Assembly: GCA_024275555.1 (NCBI GenBank)
Contig: JAJRYW010000383.1
Coordinates: 1-45,895 of the forward strand
Length of the DNA stretch: 45,895 bases
Origin: Calditrichota bacterium
GTDB lineage: Bacteria; Calditrichota; Calditrichia; RBG-13-44-9; J075
Reading direction: 5' to 3'
The notes below the pieces were generated by a model, which saw only the letters and a list, made by a program, of their open reading frames with translations, was not told the DNA's origin and searched no databases. Of the stretch, positions 26,435 through 35,389 are shown in pieces (the first letter of the stretch is position 1; each line of letters opens with the position of its first letter). The position numbers were made by a program, and so were the translations under genes.

Positions 26435-27718
26435 TTACTCATACTCGACGTAATAGTATGAGGGGTGCAGCACATAATCCCCGAAACCGGTTCGATCAAT
26501 AAAAACAAACCGCTTGCGCAGGTTGTAATATTGCCATACCACAAAGGGATAGGAGTCCGATTCAAAGGGGTGCCGTTCAATATCGTCCGGAGCGCCAAAC
26601 TTGATGAAGATACGCCCCCGGTCGGTTAGCCATCCGCTGAGTCCTGTCGCCGAAAAATGCTGATTGGCAAAATTGACCCGGCGATAATATTCATCCATAA
26701 TCTCATTATCTTCCGTATCCGGATTGGGGTCCTGACGCAGCCAGAAACGCTTAAAGAATGCTTTTTTTGCTTCAAAGTCCGCATTTTGGTAAAACTTGAT
26801 GGAATCTTCCTGGGCAATGTAGCGCATCTGGCGAATGGCCAAATCCAGGTCCTGCTGGGTATTGGGAGAAAACTGCCAGAAAAAGGCAAAGTTGGCTTTT
26901 CTGGATATCCATTGATTGTTCAAATTAATCGCGACTTCAATCTGGTAGCGGTTGCGGTTAAAATAATAGCGGCTCAGCCGTAGAAAGTGTTCTGCAAACC
27001 GGTCGACAATCTTGGCATTATATTGGTTCTGCTGTACAACCACACCCCGGTCGTCGCGGATTTTATAGTGAATCTTAAGACTGTCGCCGGGGGATTTTGT
27101 GTAGGTGGTAAAATAGGCATAAACATACTTGCCTTCCGTAGAAAAATTATTGCTTAAGGCCGGTACAAAATCAATAATCATTCCGCTGCTGTCTTTGCTG
27201 AACCTGGTAAAGAAGAGAATATCGCTGACAAACACCTGGTTCTGCCGGCTGAGTTCCGGTACATAAAATTTACTTTTGCGGCTAAACTGTTTATTGCTGT
27301 TCATATCCAGCACCGAAACCGCGGCTTCGTACTCGCCGGGATCAACGTCCAGATCGGTAAAAAACGTATTGGCAATGTCCCGGGAATTGGTCTCCGGGTA
27401 GTTGCGGGTAAATATTTCCCGATTGATGGTGCGGTTAAAAACGAAGTCGGTCTCTTTCTGGCTCAGATAGACCTCGGCCTGAATCTCGGCAACATAACCG
27501 CTGTCATTGTGCACAAAAGTGAGGTTGTCATTTATCAATTGAATAAACACCCGCACCACGGGGCTCCCGTCGGCGGAATCTACAGTTGAGATTACCCTGG
27601 ATTCGAAATAAGGCAGGCCCACTTCCCCCGGGCGAATTCCCGGGGCGTACTGAGCAAAACTAATAGATGTAAGCGCCGCAAACACCACGAGCGCTCCGAC
27701 TAGCCTATGTAGACGCAT
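26435..27718 (-). CDS. GWxTD domain-containing protein, secreted
   Basis: A signal peptide is present. The C-terminal signature is FWLRQDPNPDTEDNE...YYRRVNFANQHF...GWLTDRGRIFIKFGAPDDIERHP. Confidence 0.85.
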   Translation of the reverse strand: MRLHRLVGALVVFAALTSISFAQYAPGIRPGEVGLPYFESRVISTVDSADGSPVVRVFIQLINDNLTFVHNDSGYVAEIQAEVYLSQKETDFVFNRTINREIFTRNYPETNSRDIANTFFTDLDVDPGEYEAAVSVLDMNSNKQFSRKSKFYVPELSRQNQVFVSDILFFTRFSKDSSGMIIDFVPALSNNFSTEGKYVYAYFTTYTKSPGDSLKIHYKIRDDRGVVVQQNQYNAKIVDRFAEHFLRLSRYYFNRNRYQIEVAINLNNQWISRKANFAFFWQFSPNTQQDLDLAIRQMRYIAQEDSIKFYQNADFEAKKAFFKRFWLRQDPNPDTEDNEIMDEYYRRVNFANQHFSATGLSGWLTDRGRIFIKFGAPDDIERHPFESDSYPFVVWQYYNLRKRFVFIDRTGFGDYVLHPSYYYVEYE

Positions 27719-29213
27719 GGCATCGTTCCTCTATTGTAGCATACAATTCATATTCGCTGGCGTCGGTTACAATCACCGGGAGGAAGTCTCCGGGTTTAAC
27801 CGGACGGCTGAGATTTTGAATAATAACCTCATTATCAATTTCCGGAGAGTCTCCATGACTGCGGGCAACGGCGGTTAAGCTGGACCAGTCAACCTCATCA
27901 ATCAAAACGCGGAGAGATTTCCCAAGGTGCGCCAGATTATTCTCTAAAGAAATACTCTGCTGCAGGGCCATGAGTTCCTGATAACGCTCTTCTTTTACAG
28001 AATCGCTTAAGTCCGCCATCCGGAAGGCGCTGGTGTTTTCCTCGTGAGAATACTTAAACACGCCCACCCGGTCAAACCGGAATTCTTGGATAAATTGTAA
28101 AAGTTCCTGAAAGTCCGCTTCACTCTCACCGGGGTGTCCCACAATAAAGGTGGTGCGCAAGACCACATCGTCAATCCGTTTTCGGGCCCGGTCAAAAATT
28201 TCCCGGATGCGTTTGCCGGAGCCGCCCCGCTTCATCACCTTCAGCATGTGATCGCTGATATGCTGCACGGGCATATCCAGGTAGGAAACCACTTTCGCAC
28301 TGCCGGCCATATAATCGATCAGTTCATCCTGTACCGTGGTCGGGTAAAGATAGTGCAAGCGAATCCATTCCAGCCCCTCGATCTTTTCCAGGTGCTCCAG
28401 TAAAGTCACTAACTGTTGCGATCCGTACAAATCCAGTCCGTAAAAGGTAGTATCCTGGGCAATAATGATGATCTCGCGGACGCCTTGCCCGGCCAGGCGC
28501 TCCGCTTCGCTCACCACCGCTTCCAGGGAGCGGCTGCGGTGACGGCCGCGCATTAAGGGAATGGCGCAAAAAGCGCATTTATGATTACATCCTTCCGAAA
28601 TTTTCAGATAGGCGTAGTGAGACGGTGTGGTTAAAAGGCGCTGCTCGTAGAGATGATCGCGATTTTCCGGCGGCTTCAACTCCAGGTGCGAGAGAATTTC
28701 GGAAAACGCCTCGACGCCCAAATAGACATCCACACTGGGAATTTCCCGGCGCAATTCCTGGGCGTATCGTTGCGAGAGGCATCCGCATACAATTACTTTT
28801 TTATCGGGATTCGCTTTTTTCAACTGCTCCGCTTCCAGGATAGCGTCGACAGATTCCTTTTTGGCTGCATCAATAAACCCACAGGTGTTGATGATCACCA
28901 CATCCGCCTGTTCCGGGTCGGCTACCATCTCCACCGGATGCTGACCAAGTTGTCCTAATAAAATTTCACTGTCATAAGTATTTTTGGAACACCCCAGCGT
29001 AGTGAGGTGGATTCGGGTACGTTTTGGCAAGGTATGATCCGTTTCTATCAATTTAATCTGTTGCGGCTGAGAATACAAAACGAGCGGGCCGTCGCCGGGA
29101 ATGCTCGCTCGTACAGGCAGAAAATAGCAGATTTTCGTTGAAAATGCTAAGGAAAAAGCAACGGTTTGGATTCCGCTACTCTGTTTGAGAAGAAGCTTCC
29201 TGCCGGGCGGCAT
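27705..29213 (-). CDS. rimO: Ribosomal protein S12 methylthiotransferase RimO (MTTase N-domain, radical SAM, TRAM)
   Basis: LTTLGCSKNTYDSE and EGCNHKCAFCAIPLMRG are close to the E. coli RimO motifs, and a C-terminal TRAM-like region is present. The ATG at 29213 lies inside the ftsY 3' end and adds about 55 unconserved residues. The true start may be downstream, for example the TTG at 29051. Confidence 0.85.
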   Translation of the reverse strand: MPPGRKLLLKQSSGIQTVAFSLAFSTKICYFLPVRASIPGDGPLVLYSQPQQIKLIETDHTLPKRTRIHLTTLGCSKNTYDSEILLGQLGQHPVEMVADPEQADVVIINTCGFIDAAKKESVDAILEAEQLKKANPDKKVIVCGCLSQRYAQELRREIPSVDVYLGVEAFSEILSHLELKPPENRDHLYEQRLLTTPSHYAYLKISEGCNHKCAFCAIPLMRGRHRSRSLEAVVSEAERLAGQGVREIIIIAQDTTFYGLDLYGSQQLVTLLEHLEKIEGLEWIRLHYLYPTTVQDELIDYMAGSAKVVSYLDMPVQHISDHMLKVMKRGGSGKRIREIFDRARKRIDDVVLRTTFIVGHPGESEADFQELLQFIQEFRFDRVGVFKYSHEENTSAFRMADLSDSVKEERYQELMALQQSISLENNLAHLGKSLRVLIDEVDWSSLTAVARSHGDSPEIDNEVIIQNLSRPVKPGDFLPVIVTDASEYELYATIEERCHAST

Positions 29214-30126
29214 CCTCGATTAAACTTTCGGCATAAAGCCGGGGATCGAAGCGCTGCAAGTCATCCAGTCCTTCCCCGACGCCGATATATTCTACAGGAA
29301 CTCCCAGCTGGTGGGTAATTCCGATGACGGCGCCCCCTTTGGCGGTGCCGTCCAGCTTGGTCAGCACAATACCATTCACGCCAACCGTCTCGATAAACTG
29401 CCGGGCCTGGTTGAGGGCGTTCTGGCCGGTGGTGCCGTCCAGCACCAATAAGTTTTGATGCGGCGCATCGGGAAAGACTTTCCGGATCACCCGTTGAATT
29501 TTCTTCAACTCTTCCATCAGGTTTACCTTGGTGTGCAGGCGGCCGGCGGTATCGACAATGACCACATCGCTGTTGCGCGCCTGGGCAGCCTTCATGGCGT
29601 CAAAAACCACCGCGGCCGGGTCCGCCCCGGATTGGTGTTTGATAATCTCCACCCCAACCCAGTCCGCCCAAACCTCCAACTGCTCTATTGCCGCAGCCCG
29701 GAAAGTATCCCCGGCAGCTAATAAAACGTTTTTATTTATTGATTTGTAGCGATAGGCCAATTTGGCGATGGTGGTGGTTTTCCCGGTTCCATTCACTCCA
29801 ATCACTAAGATGATAAACGGCCTGACCGGCAAATTCTCTTCCTCAAATCCGCTGGGGGGGAAGATATTGGCAATCTCATCCCGGAGAATGCCCAGGAGTT
29901 GCGAGGCGTCCTCATACTTCTCCTTTTTTACTCTTTTTTTGACGGTCTCGATGATGTGCGCGGCGCCTTGCACCCCCACATCGCCGCTAATCAAAATTTC
30001 TTCGATTTCATCTAAGAGTTCGTCGTCAATTTTGCGCTTGGCATGGATTGCATAGCTGATGCGGTTAAAAACCTGGTCCTTAGTCTTGGAGAGTCCTTTT
30101 TTAAATTTGGATAAAAATGATTTCAT
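29176..30126 (-). CDS. ftsY: Signal recognition particle receptor FtsY
   Basis: The SRP-GTPase motifs [21 protein letters not shown] and TKLDG are present. The protein is 316 aa. Confidence 0.93.
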   Translation of the reverse strand: MKSFLSKFKKGLSKTKDQVFNRISYAIHAKRKIDDELLDEIEEILISGDVGVQGAAHIIETVKKRVKKEKYEDASQLLGILRDEIANIFPPSGFEEENLPVRPFIILVIGVNGTGKTTTIAKLAYRYKSINKNVLLAAGDTFRAAAIEQLEVWADWVGVEIIKHQSGADPAAVVFDAMKAAQARNSDVVIVDTAGRLHTKVNLMEELKKIQRVIRKVFPDAPHQNLLVLDGTTGQNALNQARQFIETVGVNGIVLTKLDGTAKGGAVIGITHQLGVPVEYIGVGEGLDDLQRFDPRLYAESLIEDAARQEASSQTE

Positions 30127-30143
30127 ATCTTCCTCAAATTCGT

Positions 30144-31406
30144 TTAGTCGGTTCGGTTCACCGCACCGGCGCTGATTTTAACAAATAAGAACTGCGCGGC
30201 TAACCGGCTTAGCAAGTACACAAAGATTACCGCCCAAACAAACACAATAAAAAGGCTAAAGACAAGCGATTGTGCAGATTCTTGCCAGTGGGACTGCCTT
30301 ACTAACAGCCACAGAATAAGCAGGGCCAGTTCGCCGCGGGGCAAGGCGCCCAGGCTGAATACCAGCGGAAAATCTTTTCTGCGAAGGAAGGCCAGTCCCG
30401 CAAAAACGGCGATGACAATAAAAGCCATCACCATTACTCCGAACTGGAACAGGAATTCCAGGCGGTAATATTCCCAGCGGGCTAACTGACGTCCCAGTTC
30501 TACAAAGGGGAACAGGTAGAAAAAGGATAGAAACTGAAAAAGCCGTTGCCGGGAAGCCCCCGCCTGCCGGGGATATACGCTGCGAAACAAAAGCCCCAGC
30601 CAGAATCCCAGGATGAGCACGGGAATCTTCATGCTGACCCCGGCGAACAGAAAGAGGCTGAGAAGAGCAATTTTAGCCAGGGCGGCCTGCAAATCTCCCC
30701 AGCGCTCTATCAGGGCAATGAAGCGCTGGAAACTGCCCGGCAGCGCGGTTGCCAGGCCAAACAAGAGCAGCAGCGGAAGCAGGATCACCATGGAAATATC
30801 CGGATGGAATGTCGCCGTTTGCCCGATGATGAACAGGCTGAGGAGAAAGTATCCCGCCAGCGCCAGCAAATCCAGGCTGATCGCCGCTTCGATGAGAAAG
30901 GTGAGCGGTTTTTTCAGACCGCCCGGAGAATCATAGGTGGGACTCATCACCCCGGACAGGTCGATGCTGCAAAAAGCAACTACCATAATCAGTAAAAAAG
31001 GTATGTAGAAGGAATTGTTTTCCGGGCCCCCGGGGATGATTAAAAACAGCGCAGCCCACAACACGACAGCAGACAGGATCACAAACACCCCGGCAAAGCC
31101 CATAATACGGCCGCTGAAGCGGCGGAAGAATTGGAATTCGAAATTATATCCGAGCTGGGCGGTGAAAAACAGCAACCCCAGGAACGATAACCAGGCAACA
31201 GCGTCGTTCCCCCCGGGAGCGGCAATGCGAGCGGCCTGGGGCAACACGTCGCTTAAGGATTGCAACAGCACCGCCAGCGTCATCCCGGCAGCCAAATGCC
31301 CCAGAAAGTCGGACAGGCGCACGGAGCGCACCAGGCCAACAAATAGCAGGTCAAGAAGATAGACGATAGCCAGGTAAAGAAAGATATCTGAAGTCACTGT
31401 GATCAT
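30144..31406 (-). CDS. Polytopic inner-membrane protein (at least 10 TM helices), possibly cation/proton-exchanger-like
   Basis: 420-aa hydrophobic ORF with an ATG start. The N-terminal arrangement loosely recalls CPA-type antiporters, but I see no diagnostic motif. Confidence 0.6.
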   Translation of the reverse strand: MITVTSDIFLYLAIVYLLDLLFVGLVRSVRLSDFLGHLAAGMTLAVLLQSLSDVLPQAARIAAPGGNDAVAWLSFLGLLFFTAQLGYNFEFQFFRRFSGRIMGFAGVFVILSAVVLWAALFLIIPGGPENNSFYIPFLLIMVVAFCSIDLSGVMSPTYDSPGGLKKPLTFLIEAAISLDLLALAGYFLLSLFIIGQTATFHPDISMVILLPLLLLFGLATALPGSFQRFIALIERWGDLQAALAKIALLSLFLFAGVSMKIPVLILGFWLGLLFRSVYPRQAGASRQRLFQFLSFFYLFPFVELGRQLARWEYYRLEFLFQFGVMVMAFIVIAVFAGLAFLRRKDFPLVFSLGALPRGELALLILWLLVRQSHWQESAQSLVFSLFIVFVWAVIFVYLLSRLAAQFLFVKISAGAVNRTD

Positions 31407-31630
31407 CGATTTTTACCATGGATTTGCAAGATCGACAATTCCCTCCCTGGAGCGTTTCCTTATATACCAAACTACTGGGATGGCTGTTCTTCAGGTTAGT
31501 ATGAATCCCGCCGGTTATCCCCAGGTTAATTCCCGGGTTCATTCTCAAAGCTTTCACGTTGCTGATCTCGCTAAAACCGCCGGGTCCATCGTTTCTTTGC
31601 CAGCCCTGCTGAAAGTAATTCAGGCGAATA

Positions 31631-32677
31631 TCAGTCTCCCCGAAATGAGGGATATTCCAGGTGAAAACGTTCTTTGTAGTAGAAGCGGGTTAAAAAGTAC
31701 GCCCCGGCAATCAAACCTAAAAAGAGGGGAAACTTAATACAAATCCCCAGGGAAAGAAAGAAGACCCCCATTTTTAGCGCCACAACCACGTGGGGCATTT
31801 TATGGGTGAATACAGCGCGAACCAGGAAAATAAGCGCCAGGTGCAGGATGACCATGGCAAACCAGTCTCCCAGGGCAATAGCGCTGAGGCCCCCCAGCAG
31901 GTAGAGGAACGCCGCGGCAAATAAAGAAGTGCGCAATCCGTAGCGGGTAGAGATGGTCTGTTTTCCGCTGGCGGCGTCGCCGGAGGCGTCGGGCATGGTG
32001 GTTAAAATATAGAGCCCCGTGTTAAAAAACAGGTAGGGGACGGAGGCGATGACCATTTCCGCGCCCGGCCCGCGGATTACCAGCCAGCCGATCACAAAGG
32101 CCAGCCAGCCCATCAAGCTGTTGGCAATTAAGCCCCGAATCGGGTAGCTTTTGAAATTATAAGGAGCATAATTATACATAATCCCGGTGATGAGGTTAAA
32201 AACAATCACCGCGGCCAAAACCGCCCCGTTCAGCAATGCGGCGCCAAGAATGGAAACACCGATCAAAATAGCGGCTTGCAGATAGCCCTGCTTGCGGGAG
32301 ATAAATCCTTCTCCAAAAAAAAACAGTTTCCCGTTCTTGCGATCTGTTTCCACATCCTGCAATTGGTTGAGGATAAAGCATCCTCCCATAGCAGCGGCAA
32401 AGATCAACATGCTCAGGACAATCTGGGTATCCCACCAGATCAGGCTCCAGCGGCTCCCGGCCCCGCTGTCCGCACCAAAGACGCCCATAGCGCACAGCAC
32501 CCCGATGAGCAGGGTGGTCCAACCGGGAAAAAATAGAATGGGACGGGTTACATAGAGGTAATCCAGGGCGCGCAGGTAAGCCGGGACGGGCAGCACGGCG
32601 CGTCCGACAAGCTTCAGCAGCGGCGGCGCATAGCTTTCCGGCTCGATCACATCTTGACGTTTTGGTGCACCAAACAT
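31631..32677 (-). CDS. UbiA family prenyltransferase
   Basis: The first Asp-rich motif is NQLQDVETDRKN (NxxxDxxxD) and the second is DASGD. There are about 8-9 TM helices. Confidence 0.8.
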   Translation of the reverse strand: MFGAPKRQDVIEPESYAPPLLKLVGRAVLPVPAYLRALDYLYVTRPILFFPGWTTLLIGVLCAMGVFGADSGAGSRWSLIWWDTQIVLSMLIFAAAMGGCFILNQLQDVETDRKNGKLFFFGEGFISRKQGYLQAAILIGVSILGAALLNGAVLAAVIVFNLITGIMYNYAPYNFKSYPIRGLIANSLMGWLAFVIGWLVIRGPGAEMVIASVPYLFFNTGLYILTTMPDASGDAASGKQTISTRYGLRTSLFAAAFLYLLGGLSAIALGDWFAMVILHLALIFLVRAVFTHKMPHVVVALKMGVFFLSLGICIKFPLFLGLIAGAYFLTRFYYKERFHLEYPSFRGD

Positions 32678-32767
32678 GGCTGTGTACCGTCTTCTCTTTC
32701 GGAGTTTTTGAGGCAGTTACCCGCAACAGGTTCATGGTCGACCAAACCGGGGGAATATTTACCGGGC

Positions 32768-33253
32768 TTAAAAATTTACCCGCAGGGACAGCCATACGCT
32801 GCCGCCGGCGGCGTCCGTGGGCAACACCGTTATGTTCATGGCTTCATCAAACCCAAACAGGTAGGCGTCTACATAGGCGTCCGCCAGGGTAAGCAAATAG
32901 GTTACTCCCAGGTACCAGTAGTGGGTGTTGCGGGCGTTGCGGAAATCCCGGTTGCGGGTTTGGTTAAATTTGCGCTGGTTGTCGATAATTCTATACAGCA
33001 GATAGCCGTTTACCCCGGCGGCTAATCCGGCCTTCCAATAGGCGTGATTGTAGATCTGCCCCCAGCCCGGAAGCACCGCAGAACGCGCTGCCGCCCCCCA
33101 GGGAGATTTCAGGGGCTGATCAGACAAGAGCCGCGCCGTATCGATGCCGGCCGCCTGGGGAGCGGCAAAGCCTCTCCCGGCTTCCCCGGCCCACCCGGTG
33201 TTCACCAGCAAAAAGAGCAAAACAATGTTCAGGCAGATCAGGGAGAGTCGCAT
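32768..33253 (-). CDS. DUF5683 domain protein
   Basis: A signal peptide is present. SAVLPGWGQIYNHAYWKAGL matches the DUF5683 signature (PG.GQ.YN..YWK). Confidence 0.7.
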   Translation of the reverse strand: MRLSLICLNIVLLFLLVNTGWAGEAGRGFAAPQAAGIDTARLLSDQPLKSPWGAAARSAVLPGWGQIYNHAYWKAGLAAGVNGYLLYRIIDNQRKFNQTRNRDFRNARNTHYWYLGVTYLLTLADAYVDAYLFGFDEAMNITVLPTDAAGGSVWLSLRVNF

Positions 33254-33259
33254 TGCACC

Positions 33260-34159
33260 TCAATGTTTGGCATGATTGAGATTATGAATAACCGTAAGCG
33301 CCCCGGGAACGATGGAAATATCCAGTTGATGGAGGTCGGTTCCCAGCAGTTCCCCGTCCGCATGGGCCGGAAACCCCTGCTCGGATTCGATGTGGAGGTC
33401 CCGGGCCCGGAATGTTTGCACCTGCGGCAGATGGAGGTGTTTGCCGGGAATAGCCTTGGGAAGGTTGACCAGTATCTCCCAGAAACTCAAGGCGTGGAAA
33501 ATACAAATATCCAATTGCCCGTCGTCAATTTTCGCCCGGGGGGTAAGATGGAACCCGCCGCCCTGGCAGCGCCCGTTGCCGATCGACACCAACAGCACCC
33601 TTCCGTCGACATTCACCCCCTCGCCCTGAATTTTTACGGGACGATTCCGGTAGGAGAGCAAGGTGCGCAGCACCGCATAAAAATAGATGAGAAATCCCCG
33701 CAGGTGCTTTATTTTCAGGCTCTGAATAACCACATCCGCATCAAAGCCGATTCCCAGTCCGTTGGGGAAAAACTCATCGCCTACTTTGCCTACATCAATC
33801 TGCATGGTTTCGCCGCGCCGGATCACATCGATGGCCTGATCGGGATCGGCGGGGATATCAAACATTTTCACAAAATCATTTCCGCTGCCGATGGGAATAA
33901 ATCCGAGACGGACTTTGCTCTCCGGCAGCACCCCGTTTACCACTTCGTGGATGGTTCCGTCTCCCCCGGCAATCAGCAAAATATGTTCTTTGCCGCAAAG
34001 AGTTGCGGCAATTTCCCGGGCGTGGCCGGGATACTCGGTGCGATGCACCGCTGCACCGGGAAAAAACTGCTCCAGCCGGGAAATAATATGGGGCGCCAAT
34101 TTGCCGGCCTTGCCCCGCCCGGCCACAGGATTCAAAATCAGGTGATATTCCATAATCAT
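33260..34159 (-). CDS. Diacylglycerol kinase family lipid kinase (YegS/BmrU-like)
   Basis: LILNPVAGRGKA and the catalytic motif AGGDGTIHEVVNG are present. The protein is 299 aa. Confidence 0.88.
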   Translation of the reverse strand: MIMEYHLILNPVAGRGKAGKLAPHIISRLEQFFPGAAVHRTEYPGHAREIAATLCGKEHILLIAGGDGTIHEVVNGVLPESKVRLGFIPIGSGNDFVKMFDIPADPDQAIDVIRRGETMQIDVGKVGDEFFPNGLGIGFDADVVIQSLKIKHLRGFLIYFYAVLRTLLSYRNRPVKIQGEGVNVDGRVLLVSIGNGRCQGGGFHLTPRAKIDDGQLDICIFHALSFWEILVNLPKAIPGKHLHLPQVQTFRARDLHIESEQGFPAHADGELLGTDLHQLDISIVPGALTVIHNLNHAKH

Positions 34160-34166
34160 CCGCCCG

Positions 34167-34559
34167 CTATGATTCGCTGGAAGGAATCATGGCGATACAG
34201 TCGATTTCCACCAGCACATCTTTGGGGAGGCGGGCCACTTCCACCGTAGAGCGGGCCGGGGCAACGCCGGTAAAATATTCCGCATAGACGGCATTAATAC
34301 GCCCGAAATCTTCCATATCTTTGATAAAGATGGTGGTTTTGACTACATCATCAAGCGAACAGCCGGCCTCGGCCAGCACCGCGGAGAGATTTTTCATTAC
34401 CAGGTGGGTTTGCTCTTCCACCGTTCCCCGGATCACCTCATTGTCAGCCGGATCGATGGCAATCTGCCCGGCGGTAAAGACCCAGTTGCCGGCAATAATC
34501 GCCTGATTGTAGGGGCCCACCGGGGCGGGAGCACGTTTGGTTTGAACAGCACGTTTCAT
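34167..34559 (-). CDS. RidA/YjgF family reactive-intermediate deaminase
   Basis: APAPVGPYNQAI...TTIFIKDMEDF...ARSTVEVARLPKDVLVEID is the canonical YjgF/RidA pattern. The protein is 130 aa. Confidence 0.9.
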   Translation of the reverse strand: MKRAVQTKRAPAPVGPYNQAIIAGNWVFTAGQIAIDPADNEVIRGTVEEQTHLVMKNLSAVLAEAGCSLDDVVKTTIFIKDMEDFGRINAVYAEYFTGVAPARSTVEVARLPKDVLVEIDCIAMIPSSES

Positions 34560-34582
34560 AATCGCAACCTCCTTCCAAAAAG

Positions 34583-35206
34583 TTATTGCCGTAAGACATC
34601 CAGTGGTCCGCGACCTTCCCGGATCACTTCAATTTCGTTGTCTAAAATTCGCACCACGGTAGATTCGCGGAACTCCGGAAGCGGCCCGGCGTCCAGGAGC
34701 AGCGCCGCAGCCTCTTCAATATCCGGGTCTAAACTCATCTCCCCGTACATCCCCATCTGCTCCTCCATCACAACGGAACTGTTCAAAATGGGATGTCCCA
34801 ACTGTTCCACCAGTTGCCGGCAAACCAGCGCCTCGGGAATACGCACCCCGATTTCCATGCGCCGGGAGAGCATCAGCCGGGCAATTTCTTTCCGGGCCTG
34901 TAAGACAACTGTGAACGGCCCCGGAAAACAGCGTTTCAGCACCCGGAAGGCGAAATTGGAAATATAGGTGTATTCCGCCGCCTGCCGGATCGAACCGCAG
35001 ATCAAACTCATCGGCTCGAACTTACTCTTGCCTTTCAAGCGGTAGAGTTGTTCGATGGCTTTTTTCTGGTAAATGCTGCATCCGATCCCATAGAGCGTAT
35101 CGGTGGGGTAAACAACCAACTCCCCTTTTTCCAGGGCCGCCACAGCAGCCTGGATAGTACGCACATGGGGGTTTTCCAGATGAATTGAAATGCGTTCCAT
35201 TGCCAT
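34583..35206 (-). CDS. Sua5/YciO/YrdC/TsaC family protein (L-threonylcarbamoyladenylate synthase-like)
   Basis: The YrdC-domain motifs are VVYPTDTLYGIGC and RLKGKSKFEPMSLI. At 207 aa it is a single-domain form. Confidence 0.85.
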   Translation of the reverse strand: MAMERISIHLENPHVRTIQAAVAALEKGELVVYPTDTLYGIGCSIYQKKAIEQLYRLKGKSKFEPMSLICGSIRQAAEYTYISNFAFRVLKRCFPGPFTVVLQARKEIARLMLSRRMEIGVRIPEALVCRQLVEQLGHPILNSSVVMEEQMGMYGEMSLDPDIEEAAALLLDAGPLPEFRESTVVRILDNEIEVIREGRGPLDVLRQ

Positions 35207-35389
35207 TTCCTGAACTGAGGATGAAAATTTGCCGGGCCCGATGGCGCCTTCTTACACAGCATTTTTTACTTCAACCGGATACAAGCCCGAACAGATAAAA
35301 GGAAAAAGTAAGCCTCCGGAGGCATTTTTACAAATAAAAAAAAGCGAGGGAAGTCTTAACCTGCTTATCCGCCGAGGGAGCCGCGCTGT

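Noticed and set aside
26224-26598. 124-aa minus-strand ORF spanning the rpmB/GWxTD intergenic region
   Set aside because: It runs through the bidirectional terminator (26252-26292) and overlaps the 3' end of the GWxTD gene in another frame. It has no RBS and an odd composition.
32196-32795. 199-aa minus-strand ORF overlapping the UbiA gene start
   Set aside because: It is an alternative frame of the UbiA prenyltransferase gene, which carries the NxxxDxxxD motif. The ORF itself is Arg/Pro/Cys-rich with no motifs.
33044-34249. 401-aa plus-strand ORF, the longest unassigned ORF in the track
   Set aside because: It is entirely antisense to the diacylglycerol-kinase-family gene (clear GGDGT motif), DUF5683 and part of RidA. 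Its translation is P/G/R/Q-rich and low-complexity with no motifs. It is a typical shadow ORF.
35312-35323. GCCTCCGGAGGC palindrome plus T5 as the terminator after the Mur-ligase-like gene
   Set aside because: At most a 4-5-bp stem is usable and the tail is weak. A nearby T8 run (minus sense, ~35338-35345) has no preceding hairpin. This is too weak to annotate.
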